From contig JBBRNJ010000058.1 in assembly GCA_038230375.1 (NCBI GenBank), positions 1 through 58,917 on the forward strand: DNA of 58,917 nt, written 5' to 3'. Positions within the stretch are counted from its first letter, which is position 1, and each line of letters begins with the position of its first letter. Shown here one piece after another: positions 39,308-48,301 of the stretch. The stretch comes from Polyangiales bacterium (GTDB lineage: Bacteria; Myxococcota_A; Polyangia; Polyangiales; Polyangiaceae). The translations under genes were made by a program, and so were the position numbers. The notes under the pieces were generated by a model. That model was given only the letters and a program-made list of their open reading frames with translations, had not been told where the DNA came from and made no database searches.

Positions 39308-41337
39308 ACGGACGCGCCGCCGGGCGTGACCTGGTTGCCGTTGGAGCCTGCCCGCTGAGCGACGGCCTGCTGAGCGATCACTGCGGGAGCCGGAGGAACG
39401 TACGGCGTGGACGAGCCGATCGCGCCGAGCCCCACGCCGCCGCTTGCACCCATGCCGATATCCGGTGCGGAAGCTCCATAGCCCCCACCACCAGCAGGCG
39501 GATAACCGCCGCCGCCGTAGCCCCCGCCCGGAGGCGCGCCGCCGTACCCACCCGCGGGAGGCGAGCCGCCGCCGTAGCCACCTGCAACGATGGGCGTCGG
39601 AGGAGGTCCTCCGCCCTTGCGCTTGCCACCCTTGCCGCCGCCGCCGCCACGAAGCAGCACGACGACGAGCAGACCGATGACGACCACGCCGCCCCCAATG
39701 CCCAGGATGAGCGGCAGGTTGAAAGGCTTCTTCCCCGCCTTCAACGTGAGGACGCTCTTCTCGTCCGTGCCGCTCGCGCGGTGTGCCTTGTTGTCATAGA
39801 CGACGACGCGCGCGACGGTGTTGTCGCCCTGCCCTTCGAGCATCTTCTCGTCGTCGGGGACCTGGAGCGTGACGAACGTGTCGCCCGCTTCGATCGCGCC
39901 ACCGCGCATGTTCTGGGCGATGAGGTTTTGCATCGCCTTCTTGGCGAGGTCCACGTCGGTCTTGTTCGCGCTGGGGTCGGGCTTGGAGCCCGCCGGCACG
40001 AAATACGCTTCCGCGCGGCCCTTGTCGCCGCCCCAGCAGAAGTCGCCATAGACGCGGAACGTGCCGCCTGGGAAGAGCGGGTTCACCTGTGCCTCGGCCA
40101 CGGTCTGCTGGATGTTGATGTCCAGCGGCCATGCCGTGGGGTCGATGCCGATGGCGACGTTCTTGAAGCTGGCGTCCGGCTTCACCGTGGTGTTCTTGAT
40201 GTTCGTGAACACCAGATCGAATGTCTGTGCGACGGTGGGCGCAATGCACGAGAGCCGCCACTTCACGATCCACATGAGGTCGAAGCGACGCTTCACCACG
40301 TCGATGATCTTGCGCCCCTTCTCGACGCCCTGATTGGAACGGACGATGTCGAAGAAGCCGCCGATCTCGGGGTTGGCGATGTTCTGCATGAAGGCAGCGT
40401 CGTTCGAACGATAGAAATCGTTCATGGTGCCGCCGCCGTTCGGGAAGTAAATCGAGATGACCGGGAGCGGCGTCTTCATGACCGCATCCTCGGGGAAGCG
40501 CCCGCCGGTCATGTACTGGTGCATCGCCTCGGCGCTGAGCGAGTTGGTGCCCGGGTCCTGTCGACCCGCGCCGTTGGACAGAAGAACCATCGCCTGGTGC
40601 AGCGGCACGGCGGGACCGCCCGTGTTGCCGAGGTCACCGAACGAGTTCTGCACCATCTTCTTCACTTGATCGAAGAGGGCACGCGAGCTGCCGTGCGACT
40701 CGCTGGGGCGGCTGTTCGCCTCCAGGATTTTCACCACGCTGGCCTTGTTCTTCGTCGTCACCCACTTCGAGTCCGCCTGGTACTGGTTGGGGCGGTCGTC
40801 GAAGATGATGAGGTTCACGAGGTCGTTCGGGCCGAGCGCGCCGACGAACTGATTCGCGACCTCACGGGCGTCGTTGTAGTGCGCGCCCATGCCCGACGAT
40901 GCGTCGAGCGCGATGAGCCACGCGGTGCCGACGCTAGGATCCTTGTAGGACGCAGACCACGCTGCCTTCGAGATGAACTTCGTGGGCTGCTCGGCGCCGT
41001 CGACCGTGACGAAGAAGCGCGCGTTGCCTTCAGGAAACGGGAACGGGCTGAAGAGCGCATCCTTCGTTTCGAGCGCGTTCGACACGCAGTCGTCGTTCTT
41101 CGTGTTGTTGCAGCCAGCGGCGGTGAGGACGTCGTTCAGGCGGTTGGCCTGCACGATCTCGATGACGGTCGTGAGGATCGGCGCGCCTTCGGTCACGGCT
41201 GCGCGCGGATCAATCCGGAGGATGTGCGCTTCCGGCGCCGCCTCCGCGCGGTTGCCCAGCACGCAGAGCAACCCGACGACCACCAGTGCGAGGAAGCCAA
41301 ACCTACGGCCTGCTGACGGAGTCACGGAACGAAGCAA
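39298..41337 (-). CDS. Single-pass membrane protein with extracytoplasmic VWA domain and Gly/Pro/Tyr-rich cytoplasmic tail
   Basis: Signal peptide (AEA-APEA); VWA-like WLIALDASSGM...LIIFDD...MVLLSNG; TM LPLILGIGGGVVVIGLLVVVLL; ends GTC CCT TTA TAG. Confidence 0.8.
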   Translation of the reverse strand: MLRSVTPSAGRRFGFLALVVVGLLCVLGNRAEAAPEAHILRIDPRAAVTEGAPILTTVIEIVQANRLNDVLTAAGCNNTKNDDCVSNALETKDALFSPFPFPEGNARFFVTVDGAEQPTKFISKAAWSASYKDPSVGTAWLIALDASSGMGAHYNDAREVANQFVGALGPNDLVNLIIFDDRPNQYQADSKWVTTKNKASVVKILEANSRPSESHGSSRALFDQVKKMVQNSFGDLGNTGGPAVPLHQAMVLLSNGAGRQDPGTNSLSAEAMHQYMTGGRFPEDAVMKTPLPVISIYFPNGGGTMNDFYRSNDAAFMQNIANPEIGGFFDIVRSNQGVEKGRKIIDVVKRRFDLMWIVKWRLSCIAPTVAQTFDLVFTNIKNTTVKPDASFKNVAIGIDPTAWPLDINIQQTVAEAQVNPLFPGGTFRVYGDFCWGGDKGRAEAYFVPAGSKPDPSANKTDVDLAKKAMQNLIAQNMRGGAIEAGDTFVTLQVPDDEKMLEGQGDNTVARVVVYDNKAHRASGTDEKSVLTLKAGKKPFNLPLILGIGGGVVVIGLLVVVLLRGGGGGKGGKRKGGGPPPTPIVAGGYGGGSPPAGGYGGAPPGGGYGGGGYPPAGGGGYGASAPDIGMGASGGVGLGAIGSSTPYVPPAPAVIAQQAVAQRAGSNGNQVTPGGASVPL

Positions 41338-41338
41338 A

Positions 41339-42517
41339 TCAACGGCTCACGATCTTGGCGATCACCGTGTAGCCACCGAAGCGAACCTTGTCCCCATCGC
41401 GCAGGTCGCGACGGCCGTTGAAGCCAATGTGCTCCTCGTTCACGAACGTGCCGTTCGTGGAGCCGGTGTCCTCGACCGTGACGACGCCAGACGTGCCGTC
41501 GATGTTGACGGCCGCGTGGCGCGACGAGATGGTCGCGTCAGAGAGCGCGATGTCGACGCTCTCGCCCGAGTTGGCGCGGCCAACGGTCTTGCGACCGCCG
41601 TGAAGCGGCCAGAAATCACCCGTGGCGTTCGTCTGGTAGGAGACAAAGAAGCCGCGAAGGGCCTGCGCAGGCAGCTGCTCCGGGATCGCGGGCGGTAGCG
41701 GCGGTGCTTGGGGCGAGGGAGCGGCCATCGGCGCGGGTGCGCCCTGACCGAACCCAGGCTGCGAGCCGAAGCCGGGCTGTCCCTGCGACGGATTGGGGGC
41801 ACCGAAGCCACCTTGCTGCGGGACCGGGAAGTTCGGCTGCGAGCCCTGACCGCCGAAGCCCGGCTGCGGAGCGCTGTCGTAGCCTTGCTGCGGCATGCCC
41901 GGATACGCGGGCTGCGCGGGCGCACCGAACGGTGATGCTGCTGGAGCAGGCGCACCGAACCCGCCCTGCTGCGGCTGCTGTCCGTAGCCCGCGTTCGGGT
42001 CCTGATAGTAGCCGCCGGGCTGCTGCATCGGCGCGCCGAACCCACCGGGCTGGCCCTGCTGCGCGGGTGCTCCAAAGCCACCAGGTTGCTGCGCGGGTGC
42101 TCCAAAGCCGCCAGGTTGGCCGCTCGGCGCACCGAACCCGCCCTGCTGGGGCGGAGGCGCACCGAAGCCACCCTGCTGCGGCTGCTGGCCGTAGCCACCA
42201 CCGCCACCGGCGCCGTAGGGATCCGCGGGAGCGCCGCCGAACGGCATGGCGTCCATCGCGATCGGATGGCCCATCGCGCAGTAGCTTGCGCCGGGGGAGA
42301 TCTCGTGGCCCATCTGGCAGCGCAAGCCCGCCTGAGGCGCCTGACCGCCATAGCCTTGCTGCGGCATCTGAGGCGGAGCCTGGCCGTACCCAGGTTGCGG
42401 CGCTCCATACTGCATCGGGGCACCGCCGTAAGCGGGCGCGAGCACGGGGGTTCCGCAGACGTTGCAGAACTTGTCAGACTGTTGGGGAAGCGCACCGCAT
42501 TGCGGACAGGGATTCAT
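41339..42517 (-). CDS. Zn-ribbon + low-complexity GGFGAP-repeat linker + C-terminal FHA protein (FhaA-like)
   Basis: CPQC..CNVC and CQMGH..CAMGH; seven GGFGAP repeats; VGRAN..ISSRHA..STNGTF FHA motif. Confidence 0.85.
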   Translation of the reverse strand: MNPCPQCGALPQQSDKFCNVCGTPVLAPAYGGAPMQYGAPQPGYGQAPPQMPQQGYGGQAPQAGLRCQMGHEISPGASYCAMGHPIAMDAMPFGGAPADPYGAGGGGGYGQQPQQGGFGAPPPQQGGFGAPSGQPGGFGAPAQQPGGFGAPAQQGQPGGFGAPMQQPGGYYQDPNAGYGQQPQQGGFGAPAPAASPFGAPAQPAYPGMPQQGYDSAPQPGFGGQGSQPNFPVPQQGGFGAPNPSQGQPGFGSQPGFGQGAPAPMAAPSPQAPPLPPAIPEQLPAQALRGFFVSYQTNATGDFWPLHGGRKTVGRANSGESVDIALSDATISSRHAAVNIDGTSGVVTVEDTGSTNGTFVNEEHIGFNGRRDLRDGDKVRFGGYTVIAKIVSR

Positions 42518-42620
42518 GCCGGATCACCAAGTTGGGCGTGCCTTTCTACCAGGCGCGCGTGACCCGGAGAGCATATCGGAGTCAGGCGAAAAAGTGCCAA
42601 TCTTCGCGCGCCCATCCAAT

Positions 42621-44213
42621 TCAGCCGCGTCCGCGCTGCTTGCCCCTGGCTGTCGGGCGCCTTGGCGGGCGCGGCCGCGCTGCTTTCTGCGGGCTCTCGT
42701 GAGGATCGGGGTTTGCGAGCGTGTGCTCGGCGGCATGAAGCGCTTCCGCAAGCACTTCACGAACCGGGACCCGATGGGATGTGGCGAGGCTCGCGGCGAC
42801 GTCGAACTCCGGCTTCCAGAGAGGGGGCCCGAAGTCCCCGCCGCTGACCTTCACGGGCACAGTGCCAAAGCGTGTGTTCACGGAGCGGAGCTCGCGCGGG
42901 CGCACGAGACGGCTTGCGGCCTGCATACGCACGCCGAGCGTGGTGCTCTCGCGGATCATGAGATGCGCAAGGTCCGCAGCGCGTCCCTCCTCCGAGAGCG
43001 CCGAGAGCACGCAGCCGGGTCGCCCCTTCTTCATGACGATGGGCGTGGTCCAGGCGTCGAGCGCGCCGGCGGCAAGCAGCGATTGCATGCAGTATGCAAT
43101 CATCTCCCCTGTCATGTCGTCGACGTTGGCGCTGATGACGACGTGGGTGTCGGCGCGCGCGCTGTTGCTCTCGAACGGATCGCCGAGCACCGCGCGAAGG
43201 AGGTTGGGTCGATCCGGGAGCTTGCGCGTACCGGCGCCAAAGCCCACAGCAAGCGGTCTCATGGTGGGCCATCGCGCCGAGCTCGTGGCGTTGGCGGCGA
43301 CGACAGCAGCGCCCGTGGGTGTGACGAGCTCGGCGTCGAGCCCTGCGTCGAACGTCTCGAAGCCGCGCAGGCAGTGCACCGTGGCGGGCGCGGGCAGCGG
43401 CAGGACTCCATGACGTGCCTTGACGAAGCCGCGTCCCATGGGCAACGGCGAGACGCGGACCTCCGCGCCGAGATACGCGAGCGCAGCAGCGCTGCCGACG
43501 ATGTCGACGATGCAGTCCACCGCGCCGACCTCGTGGAAGTGCACGTCCTCGAGCGGCATCCGGTGAACGCGAGCCTCGCTCTCCGCAAGCCTGGCGAACG
43601 CACGCTCTGCACGCTCGCGCACGCCCCGAGGCAGCTTCCCCCGAGCGAGTATGCGCTTGATCTCCCCGTACGTCCGCTCGGGCTGAGGCCCATCCACGTG
43701 AACGTCGAACTTGGTCGCAACGATCCCACTCTCCGTCTTGTGCGAAAAGTGGATGTGAAACCCAGTGAGGCCAGTCAACCCGACAGCCTCCGTCACGACG
43801 CGCTCGGGCACCCCGAGATCAACAAGAGCCCCCACGAGCATGTCTCCAGCCAACCCACTCGGAGCATCGAGAAAAAGAACCTTCCCCTTCCCAGCGCCAG
43901 CAGCAAGCTCCGGACGCCCAACCAAAGCTCCATGCGAGCGCCCCTGGTCCCCGTGCCCGTGCCCGTGCCCGTGCCCGTGCCCGTGGTCGTGGTCGTGAAC
44001 GTGGTCTTTTTCCTGGTCGTGGTCGTGGTCGTGAACGTGGTCGTGAACGTGGTCGACGTCGTGGTCGTGAACGTGGTCGCGGTCGACGTCGTGGTCGTGA
44101 ACGTGATCGTGAACAGGGATCCGGACGTGAACGTGTGCGACCTTCTTCTTTGCGCCCCCGGCCTTCGCCTTCCCCCCCTTCTGCTTCTTCTTCTCCCCAG
44201 CCATCACCCTCAC
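42621..44213 (-). CDS. larC: Nickel pincer cofactor biosynthesis nickel-insertion protein with N-terminal His-rich tail
   Basis: SGLAGDMLVGAL, VHFHEVGAVD, PAPAT, ELVTPTGAA, ANVDD, MKKGRPG, ESTTLGVR, KPEFD. Confidence 0.9.
   Translation of the reverse strand: MRVMAGEKKKQKGGKAKAGGAKKKVAHVHVRIPVHDHVHDHDVDRDHVHDHDVDHVHDHVHDHDHDQEKDHVHDHDHGHGHGHGHGHGDQGRSHGALVGRPELAAGAGKGKVLFLDAPSGLAGDMLVGALVDLGVPERVVTEAVGLTGLTGFHIHFSHKTESGIVATKFDVHVDGPQPERTYGEIKRILARGKLPRGVRERAERAFARLAESEARVHRMPLEDVHFHEVGAVDCIVDIVGSAAALAYLGAEVRVSPLPMGRGFVKARHGVLPLPAPATVHCLRGFETFDAGLDAELVTPTGAAVVAANATSSARWPTMRPLAVGFGAGTRKLPDRPNLLRAVLGDPFESNSARADTHVVISANVDDMTGEMIAYCMQSLLAAGALDAWTTPIVMKKGRPGCVLSALSEEGRAADLAHLMIRESTTLGVRMQAASRLVRPRELRSVNTRFGTVPVKVSGGDFGPPLWKPEFDVAASLATSHRVPVREVLAEALHAAEHTLANPDPHESPQKAARPRPPRRPTARGKQRGRG
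43951..44140 (-). repeat. His-rich (HD/HV/HG)n coding repeat in larC
   Basis: Encodes HVHVRIPVHDHVHDHDVDRDHVHDHDVDHVHDHVHDHDHDQEKDHVHDHDHGHGHGHGHGHG. Confidence 0.9.
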
Positions 44214-44986
44214 GCCTCATCCTTCTTCTTCACGCCCATGCTCCGAAGCAGCCTGTGCGCAGCAAACGCCGCCCCGAATCCATTGTCGATGTTCACCACG
44301 ACAATCCCCGAAGCACAGCTGGTCAGCATCCCGAGCAACGCCGCCAATCCGTGAAACGCCGCGCCGTACCCCACCGACGTCGGCACGGCGACGACGGGCA
44401 CCTGCACCAGCCCACCGACCACGCTGGCAAGCGCGCCCTCCATCCCCGCGCAAACGATCACGACGCTCGCCGCATCGAGAACGCCCCGCTTGCTCATCAG
44501 CCGATGGATCCCGGCGACGCCGACGTCGTACACGCGCGTGACATCCGCGCCGAGCACGCGCAGGGTCTCCGCGCACTCCTCCGCGACGGGCAGATCGCTC
44601 GTGCCAGCGCTCACGAGCACGACACTGTGGGTGGTGTCCACGGGGACGGGCGTGCGGAGCAGGCTCCCGGTGCGACCGAGCGCGTTGTAATGGAGATCGG
44701 GGAAGGCCTTCTGGAGGGTCGCCGACTTCTCTGCATCAAGACGCGTGATGAACACGTTCTGTCCAGTGCGCACGAGCTCGCGCGAGATGCCCTCGATCTG
44801 TTCGACCGTCTTGCCCTCGCCCAGGATGACCTCGGGCGCGCCCTGTCGCAGCGCGCGGTGATGATCGACGGTCGCGTAGCCGAGCTCCGTGAAGGGGAGC
44901 GAGCGCAGCTCCGTCATCGCATCCTCCACGGTTGCGTCACCAGACTTCACGCGCTCGAGCAGGTCCTTGATGCGTTGGGGATCCAC
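44210..44986 (-). CDS. larB: Nickel pincer cofactor biosynthesis carboxylase (PurE-like)
   Basis: DHHRALRQGAPEVI, AGTSDLPVAEE, DVGVAGIHRL, AGMEGAL, PTSVGYG, VVNIDNGFGA; GTGA overlap with larC. Confidence 0.93.
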   Translation of the reverse strand: MDPQRIKDLLERVKSGDATVEDAMTELRSLPFTELGYATVDHHRALRQGAPEVILGEGKTVEQIEGISRELVRTGQNVFITRLDAEKSATLQKAFPDLHYNALGRTGSLLRTPVPVDTTHSVVLVSAGTSDLPVAEECAETLRVLGADVTRVYDVGVAGIHRLMSKRGVLDAASVVIVCAGMEGALASVVGGLVQVPVVAVPTSVGYGAAFHGLAALLGMLTSCASGIVVVNIDNGFGAAFAAHRLLRSMGVKKKDEA

Positions 44987-45051
44987 GGCGCCCGGACGCT
45001 AGCACGCTGACTGAAACGAGTCTTCTGCGGCTGTGATATCCACCATTCACA

Positions 45052-45594
45052 GTGCCGCTTCTGTTCGCTCCCACCGTCGCGCTCATCATCGGCATCGGCC
45101 TCGCGTGGTCGTCGCGGGATACGCTCGTGCAGCGCGAGACCGCGCTCGTCACCACCCGCGGCTTCACCGCGACCATCGCGCTCGCGCTCCTGGTGTTCGC
45201 GCCGGTGTGCGGATACTTCGCGGCGTTCCACGGCGACTGGACCTACCTCTACCTCATCGGCTCCTCGCGGATCCCGTCGGCCGTGGACCTTGCGCTTGTG
45301 CTGCTCGCCAGCGGCGGCATCCCGCTCGGGTTCGTGCTCGGTGCACCCGCGGCGCGATCGCGGCGACCGGAGCGCCTGCTTCGAACGATCTCCGGACCTG
45401 CAATCGTGCTGCTCGTGCTGGCCGTGGTGCTCGGCCGCCGTCTCGGCACGAGCGCAAGCTACGCGCAGTTCCACGGAGACTTCGGCCAGGCAGCGATCGA
45501 CAAGAGCCCGCTCGGGCAAGGGGTGCTCGTCGCGTGGATCGCGCTCGCGCTCGGCGTGGGCTGGGCCTTTCGCCTCGTGCGGCGAAGCCGCTGA
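45052..45594 (+). CDS. Hypothetical multi-pass membrane protein
   Basis: About five hydrophobic segments; genome-typical codon usage. Confidence 0.65.
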   Translation: MPLLFAPTVALIIGIGLAWSSRDTLVQRETALVTTRGFTATIALALLVFAPVCGYFAAFHGDWTYLYLIGSSRIPSAVDLALVLLASGGIPLGFVLGAPAARSRRPERLLRTISGPAIVLLVLAVVLGRRLGTSASYAQFHGDFGQAAIDKSPLGQGVLVAWIALALGVGWAFRLVRRSR

Positions 45595-45621
45595 GAGCGG
45601 GCGACGTGGTATCCTGATTGG

Positions 45622-46578
45622 ATGCGCGCTCGCGTCTGGATTGCCATCGCGATGCCGACAATGGGGCTCACCGTGGGCCTCGCCTGCGGCTCGTTCCATG
45701 GCACGGATGTGCCGGAACCGGACGCCGCGCCGCAAGCCGACGGCGCGACCACGATCGTCGACGCCGGGCCATGTCGGAAAGACAATCCGTTCGGTGACGT
45801 GTTCCCGCTCTTCGCGGACGAGAGCGCCCTTCCGTACAGTCCCACCGTGCCACGCGCCACGACGGACGAGCTCACGCTCTACTTCCAGGGCTACATGGAT
45901 GACGCCAGCGCCGATCTCAACTTGTACGCCGCAAGTCGGACGACCACGAAGGAACCGTGGGGACACGTGAAGCAGCTCTACACGGTGACCAGCGCGAAGC
46001 CGGATGGCTATCCGTCGGTCGATGCGACCGGCAACGTGCTGGTCTTCGAGAGCGGGCGCGCCGGGGCAGGGCAAGCGATCTGGCTCGCAAACCGGGCGTC
46101 GTCGCTCGACGACTTCAAGCTCGGCACGGGCCCTATCGCCGCGACGAACATGCAGAACGAGGGCCAGCCTTACCTCGACATCGCATCGAACGGCGTCTAC
46201 TTCATCTCGAGCGCCCGTACCGACGCCGGAGGCTACGACATCTTCTTCGGGAACCTGGACGGTGGCGGCCTCGTGAACGTGAAGCCCGTCGGCGGGGTGA
46301 ACACGCAGAAACAGGAGAGCTCACCCGCGGCGACGCAGGACGGACTCCAGCTGTACTTTTCGTCCGACCGGGACTCCGACGGCGGTCCTTCTCACATGTA
46401 TGTGGCTTCGCGCGCGAGCACCGCCGACGCGTTCGGGCAGCCCACGCTCGCATCGGATGTGGATGGCCGCTTCACGGCCACATGGTTCTCCGCAGACGAT
46501 TGCCGCGCGTACGGCGCGCGGGTGCCGCAGACGCCGACCAAGAAGACGCAGCTGGTGTTCTCGTCGCGTCAGCGCTGA
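45622..46578 (+). CDS. Lipoprotein with PD40/TolB-like propeller repeats
   Basis: LACG lipobox; repeats DELTLYF, GNVLVFESGR, VYFISSAR, DGLQLYFSSDR. Confidence 0.75.
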   Translation: MRARVWIAIAMPTMGLTVGLACGSFHGTDVPEPDAAPQADGATTIVDAGPCRKDNPFGDVFPLFADESALPYSPTVPRATTDELTLYFQGYMDDASADLNLYAASRTTTKEPWGHVKQLYTVTSAKPDGYPSVDATGNVLVFESGRAGAGQAIWLANRASSLDDFKLGTGPIAATNMQNEGQPYLDIASNGVYFISSARTDAGGYDIFFGNLDGGGLVNVKPVGGVNTQKQESSPAATQDGLQLYFSSDRDSDGGPSHMYVASRASTADAFGQPTLASDVDGRFTATWFSADDCRAYGARVPQTPTKKTQLVFSSRQR

Positions 46579-46598
46579 CGTTCGGTTATCCTCGTAGG

Positions 46599-47186
46599 GT
46601 GTGGGTTCGAGGCGCAGCGATAAGACCGGTTCCGCCCTACGCCGTGCTCGGCGAAGGGGTCCTTGCCGCTGTCGAACGTGAGCTCGGACGCGATGGCGAG
46701 CTCGCGCAGGATGCGCTGGATGCGGCGTTTGCGCGCTTCGACCAGACGCAGCCGGAGCTCTCCGAGTACATCGAAGATCTGCTCGAGAAGCCGCTCGACG
46801 AGACCGCGCTCGCGCTCGGCCACTTCCTGGTGATCGCAGTGTGGATGGCGTTCGACCGCTCCTTCGGGCCGCGCCTGGGTCGCGTGACCGCGGATGCGCT
46901 CGCCGCGACGATCGCAGCGGTGAAGCTCGAAGAGGAGCTGCGCGCCGAGCACGCCGAAGAGCCGCTCGATCTGGACGACGTGATCGCGATCGAGCAGCCG
47001 CGGGTGCTCGCGTTCGTGAACGAGCACGTGGATGCCGCGCTCGAGGTGGGCGACGGCGAGTCCGCGCAGGACACGGACGTGGACGACGTGCATGCCGTGT
47101 ACCGGGCGGTCGTGATCATCACACTGGCGTTGTCACATTCGGTGGCGCCGGACGCGGGCGCGAAGGTGCGGGAGCTGCTCGCGTAG
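46599..47186 (+). CDS. Hypothetical acidic protein (195 aa)
   Basis: GTG 46599 (VWVRGAAIRPVPPYAVL...FDQTQPEL...IEQP). The track N-terminal extension overlaps the previous gene. Confidence 0.65.
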   Translation: MWVRGAAIRPVPPYAVLGEGVLAAVERELGRDGELAQDALDAAFARFDQTQPELSEYIEDLLEKPLDETALALGHFLVIAVWMAFDRSFGPRLGRVTADALAATIAAVKLEEELRAEHAEEPLDLDDVIAIEQPRVLAFVNEHVDAALEVGDGESAQDTDVDDVHAVYRAVVIITLALSHSVAPDAGAKVRELLA

Positions 47187-47207
47187 GCTTTGCAGGAGGA
47201 GAGCACC

Positions 47208-48251
47208 ATGCAGACCGAAGCGATGGTCATCGAGAAGACCGGTGACGTGGATGTGCTCGTGCGCAAGACGATCGAGCTCGCAGACCCTGGCCCGAAGGAA
47301 GTCCGCATCCGCGTGCGCGCGGTCGCGCTGAACCACCTGGACGTATGGACGCGCAAAGGCCTGCCCCATCTGGCCTACACGTTTCCGCATCGACTCGGCG
47401 CCGACATCGCTGGTGAGGTAGAGGCCGCCGGCAGCGACGTGACGTCCGCGCTCGCAAAGCCCGGCACGCGCGTGCTCGTGAATCCCGGGCTGTCGTGCGG
47501 CGCATGCGAGCGCTGCCTCCGCGGCGACGACAACCTGTGCCCCTCATACCGCATCCTCGGCGAGAGCGCGCAAGGCGGCTACTCACGACACGTCGTCATC
47601 CCGGAGCAGAACCTGTTGCCGCTCCCCGCAGCGCTCTCGTTCACGGACGCCGCCGCACTGCCGCTCTGCTTTCTGACCGCGTGGCAGATGGTGCGAAGGC
47701 GCGCGGACGTCCGTCCCGGGCAAACGGTGCTCGTGCAGGCCGCCGGCAGCGGCGTGTCGTCCGCCGCCATCCAGATCGCAAAGATGCATGGTGCACGCGT
47801 CATCGCGACGACCAGCACCGACGAGAAGGCCGCACGCGCGAAGGAGCTCGGCGCGGACCACGTCATCAACTACGTCACCCACGACTTCGTCAAGGAGGTG
47901 AAGCGCCTCACCGACAAGAAGGGCGCGGACGTCGTCATCGAGCACGTTGGTGGCGAGGTGCTCGCAAAGAGCATCGTTGCGGCGGCGTGGGGCGGCGTGG
48001 TGGTCACGTGTGGCGCGACCGCGGGCTTCACGCCGCAGATCGATCTTCGTCATGTCTTCTTCCGGCAGGTCCGCCTGCTCGGCTCCACGATGGGCAGCAA
48101 GGGCGATCTCTTCGAGGTCCTTCGCCACGTCGACGCAGGTCGGCTGCGTCCCGTCGTGGATCGCGTGCTGCCCCTCTGGGAGGCCCGCGCCGCGCATCTT
48201 CTCCTCGAGGAGCGCAAGGCGTTCGGCAAGGTCGTGCTGTCGGTCGACTGA
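47208..48251 (+). CDS. Zinc-binding dehydrogenase / quinone oxidoreductase (MDR family)
   Basis: ALNHLD, CGACERC...C structural Zn site, QAAGSGVSS, GKVVL; GGAGGAG RBS before ATG 47208. Confidence 0.9.
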   Translation: MQTEAMVIEKTGDVDVLVRKTIELADPGPKEVRIRVRAVALNHLDVWTRKGLPHLAYTFPHRLGADIAGEVEAAGSDVTSALAKPGTRVLVNPGLSCGACERCLRGDDNLCPSYRILGESAQGGYSRHVVIPEQNLLPLPAALSFTDAAALPLCFLTAWQMVRRRADVRPGQTVLVQAAGSGVSSAAIQIAKMHGARVIATTSTDEKAARAKELGADHVINYVTHDFVKEVKRLTDKKGADVVIEHVGGEVLAKSIVAAAWGGVVVTCGATAGFTPQIDLRHVFFRQVRLLGSTMGSKGDLFEVLRHVDAGRLRPVVDRVLPLWEARAAHLLLEERKAFGKVVLSVD

Positions 48252-48301
48252 GCCGCCATTTATGGGGTTCTTTCACGGGATTTCATGGTAGGAGGGAACG
48301 C

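Noticed and set aside
42585..42600. Sigma-54 promoter for the FHA operon (minus strand TTGGCACTTTTTCGCC)
   Set aside because: The GG-to-GC spacing is one base short of the strict -24/-12 geometry and the TTGC is absent.
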